Below, in pieces: positions 62,386 through 64,000 of a stretch of DNA of 64,000 nt. The notes beneath the pieces were generated by a model, which was not told where the DNA came from, searched no databases, and saw only the letters and a program-made list of their open reading frames with translations. Position numbers and translations under genes: made by a program. The first letter of the stretch is position 1. Each line of letters begins with the position of its first letter. This DNA comes from Hypanus sabinus (taxonomy: Eukaryota): the NCBI RefSeq assembly GCF_030144855.1, contig NC_082727.1, positions 14,756,001-14,820,000 on the forward strand, written 5' to 3'.

Positions 62386-62494
62386 TGGGCTCGCTCAGCG
62401 TGGGTGAGCGCCGAGGGTTGTGCTGAATGAACGGCTTCTAACTGCATTGGACAAGGCAAGACGCTAGAGACCATCAACAAAAAGCGCACGAGGT

Positions 62495-63030
62495 TCTACA
62501 GGTGCTGGAAATCTTGAGTAACACACAAAATGCTCGAGGAATTCAGCAGGTCAGGCAGGATCCATAGAGGGAAATAAACAGTTGACGATTCGTACCAAGA
62601 CCCTTCTCCAGGACTGGAGAAGAAGAGGGAAGTAGCCAGAATAAGAAGGTGTGGGGGAGGGGAGTACAAGGTGGAAGATTGAAGTTGAAACCCGATGAGG
62701 GGGAAGCTAGGGCTGTAAGAAAGGGAGAATAAAATGAGGATCTGACAGATATTAGGTGAAGAGGTAAAAGGCTGAAGAAGAAATATGATGGGGACGACAG
62801 TGCAACATAGGAGAATGGGAAGGAGGAGGGGCACCAGAGGGAGTTGATAGGCAGTAAAGGAGAAGAGAAGGGAAAGAGGCTGGAAATCTGGAACAACACA
62901 TAACGGCCTGGAGTAACTCAGTGAGCCACACAACGTCCGTGGAGAGAAATAGACGATCAACATTTTGGGTTGTCACCCTTCACCAAGACTGGAAAAAAGA
63001 GGAGAGAGCTAGTATTAAAAGGAGGGGTAA
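62495..63030 (-). mobile_element. Tandem Penelope pLTR fragments
   Basis: Two pLTR copies (62495-62615, 62878-62995) with purine-rich spacers. Confidence 0.7.
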
Positions 63031-63129
63031 TCAATGGAACAAATTAGTGTAAATGCATGGAGAGGGTGGCGCTGACTGAGGTGGGCGAGTATGGAACAAT
63101 AGTCTGAATGTGGTTACATACACACATTC

Positions 63130-64000
63130 CACAGTCATAAAGAGATAGAAGAGTACAGCACAGAATCACGCCTTCAGTGCATCTAGTCTGTCCCAATACC
63201 TGGCACTAAGGGTGATTGAAATATTTTTGCTAGGACCCCAGTAATTTATGCACTTGCTTCCCACAGGGTCTGAAAGAACACCTTGTCAGGCCCTGGGATT
63301 TATCCTCCCTAATTTGCCTCAAGACAGCAAACATCTCCTCCGTTGTAATCTGTATAGGGTTCATGGAATTGATGCCATTTTGCCTCACCTACAGAATCTA
63401 TATCTATCTCTTGAGTATAAACAGCTGCAAAAAAAAAATTAAGATCTCCCCCGTCTCTTTTGGCTGCACACATGGGTTACTATTCTGATTTTCCAGAGGA
63501 CTGGTTTTGTTTCTTATAACCCTTTTGCTCTTAACTTACCTGTAGAATTCCTTGGGATTCTCCTTCACCTTCTCTGCTAGAACAACCTCATGCTTCTTTT
63601 AGCCCTCCAGATTTCTTTCTCAAGTGTTCCCTTGCATTTCTTATACTCCATAAGCACCTTGTTTGTATCTACCTGCCTATACCTGCAATGCACCTCCCTT
63701 ATTTTTCTTAACCAGGGCTTCAATATCTCTTGAAAACCAAGGTTACTTACACCTATTACCTTCACGTTTTATTCTGACAAGCACATGCAAGCCTTGTACA
63801 CTCAAAATTTCATCTTTGAAGGCCTCCCACTTACCAGGTACTCCTTTGACAGAAAACAGCCTGTCTTAATCCATCCTTGCCAGATCCTTTCTGATACCAT
63901 TAAAATTGGTCTTGCTCCAATTTAGAATCTCAACCCATGGGCTGGGCCTATTTTTTTGCTTAATTCCTTTGAAACTAATGCATTGTGATCACTACAGTGC
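63130..64000 (-). mobile_element. CR1 ORF2 linker fragment joined to a 3' end
   Basis: KPWLRKIRE...EYKKCKGTLEKEIWRAKR; gagaatcccaaggaattctaca (ENPKEFY). Confidence 0.75.

Noticed and set aside
14549-64000. Nested host gene (e.g. KCNMB1 as in mammalian KCNIP1 intron 1) or further KCNIP exons
   Set aside because: No recognisable peptide in the ORF track or by eye. Short exons could have been missed.

Overview
Eukaryotic, repeat-dense vertebrate DNA. The repeat content (CR1 LINEs, HE1-like V-SINEs, Rex1/Babar, Penelope, a 67-bp satellite) points to a cartilaginous fish, probably a ray; this is inference. I can support only one host coding exon: an 88-nt alternative first coding exon of a Kv-channel-interacting protein gene (KCNIP/KChIP family, KCNIP2 favoured) at 14461-14548 (+). 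It has a CpG-richer promoter region and an RFX X-box. No downstream KCNIP exon was found, so the following ~49 kb is probably intron. The rest is decayed or nested mobile DNA (near-full-length CR1, a young Rex1/Babar RT, a Tx1-clade LINE, Penelope, an L1 ORF1 fragment, a solo LTR, MITEs, SINEs) plus minisatellites. Best leads: (1) a Tx1-clade LINE inserted inside the dispersed 67-bp satellite with an apparent TSD, possibly satellite-targeted; (2) ~200-bp palindromic, TSD-flanked Penelope-derived elements carrying hammerhead-ribozyme cores; (3) near-identical 67-bp arrays at four loci, two of them an inverted pair; (4) a minisatellite amplified from the catalytic FADD motif of a CR1 reverse transcriptase. 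Family names rest on recalled motifs, not database searches, and most repeat boundaries are approximate.
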